Positions 49,801 through 62,625 of a DNA stretch of 63,877 bases are shown in pieces (the first letter of the stretch is position 1; each line of letters opens with the position of its first letter). A program made the position numbers and the translations under genes. The DNA is from Octopus bimaculoides (Eukaryota). The notes beneath the pieces were generated by a model. It saw only the letters and a program-made list of their open reading frames with translations, was not told the DNA's origin and made no database searches. Where the stretch lies: NCBI RefSeq assembly GCF_001194135.2, contig NC_068995.1, forward strand, positions 28,042,519-28,106,395. Direction: 5' to 3'.

Positions 49801-51661
49801 AACCAAATGTTCTCAACCAATATGTTCCCTTGTTCATTAGCTCAGAGGAATGAGAAATCAACTTTTTCTCAAAGTTTGTCAGACAATTATACAAATTCTT
49901 CTTAATGTCTGCACCAAGCGGTATTAATTTTGAATTATAGTGTTGAATAATAGTGTCCATTATGTAAAATGAATTGCTCTCACCAATCAATTTAAACTTT
50001 TGAAGCAATGAATCGTCAGGCTGTGATGTACACACATTGGTATGTTTGATATAAGATCTTCAGGTATAATCTGTTCTTATCTGCATGTATCCAGAAATGA
50101 TAAATGGCTTCTCATTTTTTAAAATTCATATTTGAATGGTACAAAATCCATTGGTTCAGGATTGGGCTCGACACTGGGGTCTAGTGAAACTACTGGGCTG
50201 ACAAAATAACAGGTGAATTTCATCACATTTACACAAGACTATTTGACTAAATATTCTTTTTGCTTTTACCATGCTTGTATACTGATTTTATTAATATCAT
50301 GCTACTAAAAACATTTCATGGACTACATAGAATAACATATAGGTCATTGTTGCTTAACTCTGGATAAACTTTGATTAAAGGCATTAGAACTATGTCCATG
50401 CCTTCTTTGTTTCAGGTAAAGTGTAGCTCTGAGTACATTATATCCAATGTAAATAATGTTTTCCTTTTAAGCTAGTAGTGTGAGGTTCTAGAGAATTGGT
50501 GTGCAATTTCAAGCAAATATTTATCCATGCAAATATTATCCTCATTTTCCTAATAGATTGCTTGTTCATTACAAGGTAATTCTCCTACATAAACCCGTGC
50601 ATATTTTCTAGATAATTAAACTGAGACATAACATTAAATGTTTGTAGTCATGAATCCACAACCATTAAATTATCCATCTGACTATTAAATTAACTTCCAT
50701 TTGAAATACCTTAAAAAATGTTTGGAAATGCACTTTTTAATAATATGAATCTTTCATAAATAGAGGATTGTGAAGACTAGCAGTTCTCTGTAACTAATTA
50801 AAAAATAAAAGTAACCATAAAAGAAATATTTTGGAATCCTTTTTGGATCTTCCTTACTTGTATTTGAAGAGAGTTATAAGACTCCTTTAAAATATCAATT
50901 TCTGATAGAAATTTCTTGGTAGCTGGTTGTTCATCGGCTGATAGATGTGTTTGCTTCAGATGGAACTGAAAAGAAACATGGAATAAATTTACAAAAAAAA
51001 GTAGATAAAGGAGTGAAACTTCTTGATCTTATAATTAAGAAAATAAGTTTTTAACCAACAGCTTTCATTAAAATTGAAATTAAGCACTATATGCAGATTA
51101 GCTTGTTTGAATGGCTTTACAATAGTTTTCTTCATTGTTGCAGGCTAGATCTAAACTGGAATTCTGAAACAGACAGCTTGTTCATGCCTGCACACTGATT
51201 TTATCAATATCTTGAACTACAGTGATTAACCAGATGTGTTGTTGCTAAAGTGGATAAACTTTCTTCAAAAGTATTCTATGTCCATACCATATGCAAATCT
51301 AGTTGATTTCAAGATTTGTCAAAGCATTTTTTACAATTATGTGTCCTTCTTGACAGCTGTCCTTCAATAAATAAACACTACTTATGATTAAAGATGAATG
51401 AAAGAGAAAACAACTTCAATTATGGGTCAGTTGATCTGCTGTTTGGTACCAAATGACTAACATTATCAAGTTAGGATATTAAGCTCTTTATAAAATATTT
51501 GAAATTTCTAAAAATTATTCTTTCTCTAAAGATAAAAACTGTTTTCAAAATGAAATATCTCTCAATTTCAAATCATGATATTATCACTTGCAATAACTAC
51601 TGATGATGTCATTAGTCACTCACTCAACTTCAAAACATTCACAAACTGCAACACATACTAT

Positions 51662-52439
51662 ACTAGAATGAAAAATGCGAGTAAGGGATAACAACAACAA
51701 TATTTAGTAAACCTGGAAAAATACAGGACAAGAAGTAAGCCTAAAATAAAAGAAAAGAGCTTAAAATACTGCAGCTAAATATAAAATTCAATAAAAATAA
51801 TCTGATGCTTTATCATAAATTCCCATGTATCAAGTAAAAACTGCTTTAAGATTTTTGAAATAGAGATTCATTTTTGCCTGTCTATTATTAATATAATGCT
51901 ATAAGGATGATCTTTATTTTCTTTCATTATGATTAACTCTATGACATCTGCATTTGATCTGACAAACAGTTAACTAACTAAAAATAAAAATTTTAAAAGT
52001 GAAGTAAAATAATTTTGCCAAAAATAAAATGAAAACATTTAATTACTTAAATAGGCTTAAATTTTACAATAGTCAAACATTTAATTTATTTACCCACTTT
52101 CTTTATATTTGTAAAATATTTTAGTAAATAAAAAAAATTTAACTACTAATGTTACAAAATATAACCACTTTATTTTCATATATTAAAATGATTTAAAATT
52201 TATTTACAGTTAAGCTTAGCAATAGTGAAATAATTTGGGTGAAAGATGGTTGATCAGTATTGAATGGCTTGGCTTTTTTGAATATTTTATTTAATTGGCA
52301 ACCCATTCAAATTTTATTTGAGCAGCAATATTTTACGCTCTTTTCTTTTATTTTAGGCTTACTTCTTGTCCCGTATTTTTCCAGGTTTATTAAATACTTA
52401 AGAATATTGTTAGCCCTTGCTTGCATTTTTCATTCTAGT
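51662..52439. repeat. Inverted repeat, arms ~51662-51790 and ~52305-52439
   Basis: GCTCTTTTCTTTTATTTTAGGCTTACTTCTTGTCC(C/T)GTATTTTTCCAGGTTTA(T/C)TAAATA is present on opposite strands. Confidence 0.9.
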
Positions 52440-52814
52440 CCACTTTTTTTACAGGTGGTGCAGAAAAAATTAGTAGTTTTTATTCTAATGATAAATTTAG
52501 CTTACTTTTTTTATATTATTTCATTTCTTATTGATCTTTAATTGATTCCTATTCATTTTTGTTAGAAATTCTAAATTGAATAGTATTTTCTTTACATTGA
52601 GTATTATGAAATCTGCCTATTTAGAAATAATTTTTTAATTAATATTTATCAGAAATAAAATTTTTTAAAAAGAGAGCTGTAATAAAAAAACTATAAAGCA
52701 CTAATTATAAGTAATGAGGAAAAAATGAATTAGGAGAAAAGGTCAACTAAAAAAAACAAAGCAAAACAATTATAGACTGGATTTTATGTTTGCCTTGGAT
52801 TGACAAGTTGTCAT

Positions 52815-53170
52815 TTAACCCTTTTGCCACCAACCCGGCTGAAAAATTTTTTGGTTCAAATGACCAACCTGGCTGTAGCTGGCCGAGAGTACCCATAGAT
52901 ATTTAAATGTGAATTTGAACACAAATTTTGTTAATACATCCATGGAAACATGTGATTTCACTTTGTAAATAGTTGAGTAATAGTATCCGATATTATTTGT
53001 CGTGATATCTGAACTCAGTGAATTTTAGGAGATTTTTTTCCACATTTTTTCAGCGTCAATTTTTTCAACTTTGAAAATGGATAGGAGTTTCATGCTGTCA
53101 AGCAGTGATTCTGAATTTGAGGGTTTGTCAACGGAAGATATAGAGATATTGAGAAAAAGAATGAATGAAG
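52815..53170 (+). mobile_element. piggyBac-type 5' end remnant
   Basis: TTAA-CCCTTTTG terminus, followed by an acidic ORF start MDRSFMLSSSDSEFEGLSTEDIE. Another AAAGGG-TTAA terminus lies at ~54057-54066. Confidence 0.55.
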
Positions 53171-53199
53171 TACAAAAGCACATGGTGTACAAGAATCAT

Positions 53200-53825
53200 C
53201 ATCATCATCATCGTTTAACGTCCGCTTTCCAGAGGCTGCACCAAGCTCAATCTGATCTGGCAAAGTTTCTACAGCTGGATGCCCTTCCTAATGCCAACTA
53301 CTCCGAGAGTGTAGTAGATGCTTTTACATGACACCGGCACAAAAGCCAGTCAGGCGGTTTTGGTAATGACCACGCTCAAAAGATGTTTTTTACATGCTAC
53401 CTGCATGGGAGTCAGTCCGGAGGCACTGGCAATGACCACACTCGAATGTTGTTTTCCACATGCCACCGGCACATGTGCCAGTAGGGTGACTCTGGCAAGG
53501 ATCACGCTCAAATGGTGCTTTTCACATGCCACTGGCATGGGAGCCAATCCGTGGCCCTGGCAACAATCACGCTTGGATGTGCTTTTAACGTTCCACTGGC
53601 ACGAGTGCCAATCAGGCGGTACTGTTATCAGCCATGCCAGCGATTCTGATTTGTTTTCACTTGCCTCAATAGGTCTTTGCAAGCAAAGTTCATTGTCCAA
53701 TGAATGAGGGGTACTCATAAGTGGGTTAGTTACACCCACTGGCATAGGCCATGGGCCATGGTCACACTTGGCTTGTTGGATCTTCCCAGGCACAGCATAT
53801 CTCCAAAGGTCTCGGTCACTAGTCA
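53200..53825 (-). mobile_element. RTE 3' UTR fragment
   Basis: (CAT)n then CGTTTAACGTCCGCTTTCC. Internal ~60-bp repeats as at 15780-15990. Ends in MTSDRDLWRYAV coding remnant. Confidence 0.85.
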
Positions 53826-54509
53826 TATTTTGCTCAGTTTACCAGTATTGACCTGTAATTAGAGTCAGTTTGAGACAATAGTTATGCAATAGAATTGATT
53901 AAGAACCCTTTCTTCAATTGTGCTCCAAAAATCACATTAATATGTTGATAAGTAAAAAGGTTACAGTTGTTTAATGAAACTGGTCTAAATTCATGATTAT
54001 TTTAGAATTTAATTGAAACTCATGAGGGGTGTACTTTGATCAGAAATACAGTAATGAAAGGGTTAAGTATCTTTGTAATTGCAAGTAAGACAGATAATTA
54101 CAATTATATAAATATTTATAAACATAATTAATATTAGATCTGCTGTAATACATATAATTTATAAAGTTTGTATAGTTATTTAATGCGCCAAGAAAAAACA
54201 TACGAAAAAAATGAAAACACACAAATTCCATGTAAAAAAATAAGAAATAAATTTATGCATAAAGAAAAAAGTAGCTAATAATAATGCTAAGAGAATGAAA
54301 AAACATTTTTTAGAGCAATAAGAGCATTCTAGTTTGCTTTTTCACTTTGTGATATCGGACAATGTGAAAAGAGAGAAAAGCTAGGGCCCATCTTCATAAG
54401 AAAAATAGTCTGGGGAATGTCCAGTTACGCAGGGTCCATTAACCCATTCCCTAGTGTTTTGTAGCAGTAGAAGTCAGTTGTCACAGCAGTCACACTCCGA
54501 ACATAGGTG

Positions 54510-55615
54510 TAAACAAAACAAAATGAAACAACAAATTATCACATTTTTTCATTACTTAAAGCTTCTTAACATTTTTCTATCTAATATCTTTTAATGAGGT
54601 CTTCACCAAAAGATTCTACTCATCGAGTTCTATAAGGGTGTAATTGAAGTATAGTTTGCTTTTCAAATACCTGAGATATTTTGAGTCAAAGTCAATTTTA
54701 GGCATTACTTAACAATTTTTTGGCTACTTAAACCTGCATAACTTTTTTTCTATCTAATATCTTTTAATGAGGCCTTCACCAAAAGAATCTACTTGTTAAA
54801 TTTTTCTAAAAGGGCATATTTAAAATTTAGTTTTTCCTTTTAATAACTGAGAAATTATGAGTGAAAGTAAATTTTAAATGTTACCCATTTTTGGCCTACA
54901 TTTTTTTTATCATAACCAAAATCAGATTATCTTATGTTAAAATGTAGCCCATCACTGCTTCATCATAGTACAAAAAACTGAATTAAGATTGAGCTAAAAC
55001 TGAATTAGTGGTAAAGCATTGAATTGGCTGCGAATGAGTAAAAATTGACCTTAAGAATATTATTCACACATTGCCATGTATGAATGATAAACACAACAAA
55101 ACAAAACAATTATCACTCTCTTTTCATTACTTAAAGCTGCATAACATTTTTCGAGTTCTTCTAAAAGGGTGTAATTGAAGTATAGTTTGCTTTTCAAATA
55201 CCTGAGATATTTTGAGTTAAAGTCAATTTTAGGCGTCACCAATTTTTTGGCTACTTAAACCTGCATAACATTTTACTATCTAATATCTTTTAACAAGGCC
55301 TTCACCAAAAGATTCTACTTGTCGAGTTCTTCTAAAAGAGTATAATCAAAGTATAGTTTTTTCTCTTAAATAACCAAGAAATTACGAGTGAAGGTACATG
55401 TCAGGCATTACTCTCCCATTTTTGGCCCTACATTTTTTATAACTTTTTTTCTACTGAATCAAAATTAGATTATTTTATGTTGGAATGCAGCTTACCACTG
55501 GTTCATCATAGTGCAAAAAACTGAATTAAGATAGAGCTGAATTAGTGGTAAAGCATCAAACTCACTGCAAATGAGTAAAAGTTGACCTTAAGAATATTAT
55601 TCACACACCATGTGT
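54510..55615. repeat. Imperfect tandem duplication of a ~550-bp unit with internal ~150-bp subrepeats
   Basis: 54520-55075 resembles 55085-55615 (e.g. GGGTGTAATTGAAGTATAGTTTGCTTTTCAAATACCTGAGATATTTTGAG and TGACCTTAAGAATATTATTCACACA occur in both). Confidence 0.9.
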
Positions 55616-55799
55616 GAATGATTTCAGATTTCCATCATCAACATTTTAACATTCATTTTCCTACATTGCATGTATTGAATAGTCTGTAGTATAGCATACC
55701 ACAACTTATTTTAATCTTTTGTCATTTCATCCAGAGCAATACAGTCATTTCTTTATACTTTTAATGTCTAGCAGCTCACTCAGTCCATCTATGCTCTAT

Positions 55800-58700
55800 C
55801 TCATCATCATCATTGTTTGATGTCCGTTTTCCATGCTGGCATGGGTTGGATGGTTTGATTGAGGTCTGGAGAGCCAGCGGCTGCACCAGGCTCCAATCTG
55901 ATCTCGCAATGTTTCTACAGCTGGATGCCCTTCCTAAGACCAACCACTCCGAGAATGTAGTGGGTGCTTTTTACATACCACAGGCACAAGAGCCAGTCAG
56001 GCAGACCTGGCATCGATCATGTTCAGGTGGGGCTTTTTACATGCCACTGGTACAGGAGCCAGCCAGGCAAATCTGGCATCGACCATGTTTGGATGATGCT
56101 TTTTATGTGCCACCGGCATGGGAGCCAGTCAGGGGGCATTGGTCATAGTTACAATATTGGTTTTATTTGACTCAACAGGTCTTCTCAAGCATATCATATC
56201 GCCTGACACATCAGGGGCACTCTTAACTGGGCCAGACATGCATGGCTGCGATCTCACTTTAGTTGCAGGGTCTTCTCAATCACAGCATATCTCCAAAGGT
56301 CTCCGTCTCCAGTCATTGCCTCTGTAAGGCCCAATGTTTGAAGATCATGCTTCACCACCTCATCCCATGTCTTCCTGGGTTACCCCTTCCACAGTTAGGG
56401 AGTGGCACTTCCTCACACAGCTGTTCTCATCCATGCGTAACACATGACCATACCAGTGCAGTTGTCTCTCTTGAACACCACATCTGATGCTTCTTATGCC
56501 TAACTTTTCTTTCAGGGTGCTTACACTCTGTCATGTATGCACACTGACACTACACATTCAGCTGATCATACTAGCTTAATTTCTTTCAAGCCTACACATG
56601 TCCTCAGCAGTCATGGCCCATGTTTCACTGCTGTGTAGCATGGCAGTTTGCACACATACAACATACAGTCCACCTTTCATCCTGAATGAGAGAGACCCTT
56701 AGTTGCCAGCAGAAGTAGGAGCTCTCTGAACTTTGCCCAGGCTATTCTTATTCTAGCCACTACACACTCAGAGCAATCACCCCCACCACAGACTTAGTTG
56801 CCTAGGTAGCAGAAGCTATTAACTACTTCTAGTTTCTCCCCATGGCATGTGATGGAATCTGTTTTCTGTACGTCTTCAGTACTTATTGCCCCTGTGCATC
56901 TGCCACACACAAAAACTATCTTCCCGGTTAACTTCCTTTGATATTGTTGCACCTTTTATGTGTCCATAGCTTACACTGGATACATCGTATGGAGTTTCTA
57001 CCCATGCCTTTTCTACAGATCAAGCAGGGCATTCTACCTGAAGGTGTCTGTGATTTGACAGAATTCCTACTTACTTTTGTTTTTGCTAGGTTAACCCTAA
57101 GGCCCTTCGATTCTAGACCTTGCTGCCACACCCTAAATTTCGTCTCTAGTTCTGGCAGTGACTCAGCTATTAGAGCAAAGTCATCATTATAGAGGAGCTC
57201 CCAAGGGCAGCCTGTCTTTAATTCCTCTGTTATTGCCTGGAGGACTATAACGAATAAGAGGGGGCTCAAGACTGATCCTTGGTGAACCCCTACTTCTATT
57301 CGGAATTTTTTTACTATACTTGTTGCCAACTCTCACCTTAGTGACAGCATCCCTGTACAGGGTTGTACAGCTCTTACGAAACACTCATCTATCCCCAGTT
57401 TCTGCATTGACCACCAGATAAGGGATTGGGGGACCCTGTCAAAGGCTTTCTCCAAGTCAACAAAAGTCAAGTACAGAGGTTTATCTTTAGCTAGATATTT
57501 CTTCTGCAGTTGCCCTACCAGAAATATAGCATCAGTGGTGCTTCTGCCTGGCACAAAACCAAACTGCATCTCATCTAGGCTAACTCTCTTCCTAATTAGT
57601 TGGGCTATGACCCTCTCGGTAACTTTCATTACCTGATCCAATAATTTGATACCTCTGTAGTTATTTCTATCTAAAGCATCACCCTTGTAGCAGTTGACTA
57701 TGGTGCTGCTACACCAGTCATTGGGTGTGACTCTTTCATGTATCACCTGATTGACTATAGGAGTGACTAGGCTATGGCTGACACTGCCAGATATTTTAAG
57801 CATCTCTGTGGTGATTCTTGATGGACTGGGGGCTTTCCGTGTCTTCATATCCTTAATTGTTTTATCTACCAGGGTACTGCAGATTCAGGTAGCTGGCCCC
57901 TCAATTGAGCCAACCTTTGGCAGACTCTGCTCCTCCCATTCATTCTCCACATTCAGCAGTCTTTCATAATGGCATCTCCAAGCCTCTTTCTTTACAGAAT
58001 CATTAAGCGCAAGGGCACCATCATCCATGTAGACACATTTATCTCCTATGATATCATGGTGTTCTCTCACACACTGTCTTGCAATCCGAAATACCTCAGT
58101 TCTTTGGCCCTAACGTCACTGAACATTGGCAAACTTCTTCTTTTCTGCTACTCCCTTGGCTAAATATACCTGTGTCTTAGCTTCCCTTTTGGCTATCTGA
58201 TAGATTCTTCTGCTACCCCCGCTCTTCCAGGCCATTTTCTTTGCTCTAATGGCCCAGTCTATAGTATTGTTCCACCACCATGTTACCCTAGGTCTGGAAG
58301 GGACTTTGCACCAGCCACAGATTTGGTCTGTGGCATTTAGCAAGCTGTCTCGCAGGAATTCCCAGCTGCCTTCTATGTCACAGGACTGTAGCTCCTCCTC
58401 CCTCTCATCAAATTTCTTGGTAAGGATATCCCTAAATCTTTGACTAGGTGAAGGGTTCTTAAGCTTCCAAGTCCTTCTTTTCTAGATTGATCTGCTTTTT
58501 GGCTTCCTTCTGGCCTGTTTAATATCACTAATAACTAGTCTATGCTGGGGGGTACATTCTTCACTAGTGAGCGTCTTTGTATTTGAGAGCAACCATGCAT
58601 CCCGCTGTTTGGTGAGAATGAAATCAATCTGGCTAGCAGAGTCACCTGATTGATAGGTTATCAGGTGGCTAGCTGGCTTCCTGAAGTTGGTGTTGCAGAT

Positions 58701-58830
58701 CAATAGGCTATTTGCATTGCAGAACTCCAGGAATCTAGTTCCCTCTTCATTTCTGAAACCAACTCCATGGTCCCCACCATGGAAGATAGCAGGTTGCTGT
58801 CTTACATGCCCATTAAAATCTCCAGTCACA
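55800..58830 (-). mobile_element. RTE LINE, APE second half to 3' tail, degenerate
   Basis: GDFNGHV..EEGTRFLEFCNAN..QIDFIL; NYRGIKLLDQ..DLEKAFDRVP; VHQGSVLSPLLF..LLYNDD; PHD-like CLIC..CIQC..H..C. (CAT)n at 55802. Confidence 0.93.
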
Positions 58831-59540
58831 AAGATGAAACCATTGTAATACTACTTCAGAACAATAGGTCACAGCTAATTCCAGGCTTTTTAGTTATTCT
58901 GTAATTGCTGCCCATATCTTACCTTAAATGGGCAAAATTTTGTAGCCAGTATAGGTAGTATTTCTGTGTTTTTTCCCCATGCATTTCTTAATCTACATAT
59001 ACTTTCACTTCAATCATCTGCCTTCATTAGATTACAGAAACTATTTTCACATCTACAAAGCCATCTTTCTTTCATGGTATATTTCCATTGCTAACTACAT
59101 TAGTCACAACTGAAGATTTTGTTTATGATGATTTTCTGGAAAACCTGTATTTGTTCTTAATTCATGTATCATTGTACCAACAACTATAGCAAAGAGCAGT
59201 GGAATGGTGATTACCTTTATCATGATCATTCATGTAAAAAGATTTCCGCATTGTATTTAGATATAAAAAATACTAGTGGTAACATAGAACACTTCCAGTA
59301 GATTGGTATTGAAAGGGTACACATTCTCATCATACTCATTTTACTTTTTCCTAGTACACAAATTAACTGATAACTTTTTGTTTACATGAGTGAAAAATTT
59401 TGTATGAAATTTCTGCTTCTACATTTCCATCCATAACTTTCAAAATTATCTTCTTACTTTCTATAATGTAGGAGGACACTACAGTGACCATAGGTTCATC
59501 CATTTTCTCTGGAATAAAAATTATAAAGAAGAAAACTTAC

Positions 59541-59616
59541 TTTGTTGCACAAAACTTGTACAATTTCCATAAGCTGCCTCAGAAGATTGGATTTTTTATC
59601 ACATTGCATCTGCTGT
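59541..59616 (-). CDS. Host gene exon (76 nt from the first AG): QQMQCDKKSNLLRQLMEIVQVLCNK
   Basis: Long T tract then ATTTCAG| acceptor, donor |GTAAGT, open frame ending in phase 0 and compatible with the 40743 exon. Linkage to the FN3 exons is inferred from strand and phase only. Confidence 0.65.
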
Positions 59617-60229
59617 CTGAAATGCCAATAACAATAGTGAAAAAAAAAAAAGAAAAGAAAATAATAATAAGAAGGCTACAAGAAATGACTAGGAAAGTAG
59701 ATTCTGTTATCAAGAGGATAGATACTTTATATTTTATGTTGAGCGCATGATCGATGAACGCCGCTACAGGTAGAAGGGAAGAAATATAAAAATTGCTAGA
59801 AACAACAGCCAAATCTCCCTTAAATCACACAAAGTAAACGGAATTTTAAAAATCTAATTACTGCACTGGAAAGTTCACGTCAAGAAAATTCCATTGATGT
59901 AAAAATTTTTACGAAAAAGTGGAAAATGTGGATTTCTATAAACTTTTAAAAAGGCTTTACACAGACACACAACTTCACGTTTATTATATATAAGACAACA
60001 TAATAATATTAGGGAATAAATTCCAAAACTTACAGGGCAAAATTCAATTTAGCAATACTAAATCAAATTTTCCAATATAAAATATATGTATATGATTAAG
60101 AGAAAAACCACTATTGAATAATTCAATAAAGAAGAGTTTAATTCATACCCTCCAGAAAATAATTATATCATAAAAACTTTATTCAAAAAATCAACAAAAG
60201 AATAAAATACATAAAAGAATAACTAGTAA

Positions 60230-62625
60230 ATGGTATAAAATGACTACGCAAGGATATTCCTATACCATCTAGAAAGGAATATATTTTGAAACTTATTAAT
60301 AATATTAAAGATTTTATTAATAGTATTAAATGGAAAGCCTACTACAATAATTATATCATATCTAATATTAACGATGTAGAGAATTCTAATTATATCAATT
60401 CAAAATTTAAATCTAGAAAGGACCTCCCCCCCCCCCGTATAATAGCGATATACAGGTTTTAGAGAATAAGATTTGGAAGGTGGTGAAGAACATTAAATTT
60501 CATAAATACCCAAATAGACATAATGAATATTTAAGAAATCTAGCTATTAGAATAAAAGAAATGCGTAATATGGAAGGAATTATTGTACAATCAGATAAAA
60601 CTAGGAACCTGTATAAACTAGATGTTAAATTATATGATAACCTATTAGAGAAATAAATAAATAAAAAATATAAAATTGTTCCAGAAAATACTCTTTATAA
60701 TACAAATAAGGATTCTAAATTAATTATGGTGAAATATAGTTTAGATAATAAAGCTGAATCTTATGTACCTATGCACCCTAGAATTACTTTAAAAGACTAT
60801 AAGGATAGTTTTTATTCTGACTCTAAAGTTAGACTTATTTGTCCATGTAAATCAGATCTAGGTAAATTAAGTAAGATCATTTTAGATAAATATATCAATA
60901 AATTAAATGAAATCAATTACCTTAAACTTTGGAATAGTACTAATGATACTTTAAAATGGTTTAATGATATTAAAGATAAAAATAGATATAAATTCATACA
61001 GATAGATATAGACAATTATTATTCTTCTATTAATGAGATTGTACTCAATAAGGCCCTAACTTATGCAATGAATAAGGTAGGTATGACTTATGATAAAGTT
61101 AATGTAGTAAAAACGGCTAGGAAATTGTTGATTAGATATAATAATAAATTGTGGGCTAGGAAGGATACTAAGGACTATTTTGATATACATATGGGGGCAC
61201 CCGATTCTGCACAGGCAACTGATTTAGTGGGTATTTATTCATTATCAGAACTTCAATGAGAAAAATTAAAGTTGGAGGGTGGTTTATATAGGGATGACCT
61301 TTTATTAACAACTAAGGATTGCACTAATAGAACAGAATTATATAAGAAGAAACTATATAGTTTTTTTTTAAGATATGGATTAAGCATAACTATATATAAT
61401 GAGAACTATAATGTTAATTACTTAGATGCTAGTTTGAATTTAATAACAGGTAAGACCCAACCTTTCCATAAAATTAATGAAAACATTAGATATATTAATG
61501 CTAATAGTAATCATCCACCCTTGATTAAGAAATCGTTGACAGATAATATAGGTAAAAGAATATCGTTGCTTTCTTCTAATTTTCAGATTTTCCAAAAACA
61601 CGCACCTTATTATAATGACGCTGAGGGAGGCGGGATATAATAATAATATTAAATTCCTTAATAGTTCTAAATATAATTACAACATAAAAGATTATATTTT
61701 CAATAATTCCTATGTTTTTTATAATAAACCTAACATAAATAATCATGATAAATTTTATTTAGGTAATTATAGAATTAATAATAGGGATTATGATAATACA
61801 AAACATAAATATAATAATAGTAGACTAAAAAATAAGATTAAATTTAATTCTTTTATTGATAATAATAAATTTTATAATATGAAAAATAAATGTAATAATA
61901 TAAATAATAAGAACAAAATTTGGCTAATTATTCCTTATGGAGCTCAAGTTAAAACAAAAATTATTAAAGAGATTTTAAATATAAATGAGGAATTCATTAG
62001 AGATAATAAAAAATATAATAACATTTTTTCTAGTGATAATTTTGGAGTTGGTTACTTTACTACTAATAATGTTGGTAATATTATTTCTTCTTTTAATAAA
62101 TTTAAGCTGAATAAGTTTTACAAAAACGAATCAAGTAATTATTCCAATAATAATAATACATACCAGAACATAACTAATTGTACATGTAGAGATAAAAATA
62201 AATGTAAATTTAATAATAACTGTAATTTGGAGGATGTAGTATATAAATGTGTAGTGACTTTGCTTGATGATAATAGTATGAATGGTTATGATTTTAAATA
62301 CTATTCATATAGGGTCGACTGCTAACAAAATTAAATTACGCGTGGCTAAACATATGAATTCTTTTAAGAATAGAAATTTAATTAATTCCACTGGCCTTAG
62401 TAAATATATATGGGAACTAAAATATAAAAATATTATGTACAATTTAAATTGGGAGAGTTTGTAAGGTTAAATCTTATCGAATAGGTAGTGCTTCTTGTTT
62501 ATTATGTACTAATGAATTTAAGGAGATATTATTAACTGATAATAAAAAATTGATTAATTCCCTAGATGAATGAAAAATTAAATGCAGACATAAGTTAAAT
62601 TACTTATATAATAAGTTTAGTTGAG
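60230..62625 (+). mobile_element. Penelope-like element with RT and C-terminal GIY-YIG (LYRDD type, possibly Hydra clade), near complete but with stops and frameshifts
   Basis: KDIPIPSRKEY..IKWKAYY; SDKTRNLYK; IDIDNYYSSI; MGAPDSAQATDLVGIY; GGLYRDD; NYLDASLNL; NSNHPP; CxC; VVYKC..IGST..H..SF..STGLSKYIWELK..CLLC..CRH. Confidence 0.9.

Noticed and set aside
58922-59000. GTAAGA donor at ~58922 with a short upstream open frame
   Set aside because: No acceptor gives a stop-free phase-0 exon.
61257-62573. In-frame TGA codons in the Penelope ORF as selenocysteine
   Set aside because: The element also has a TAA stop and several frameshifts, the TGAs are not at Cys positions, and no SECIS was recognised. 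Ordinary decay explains them.
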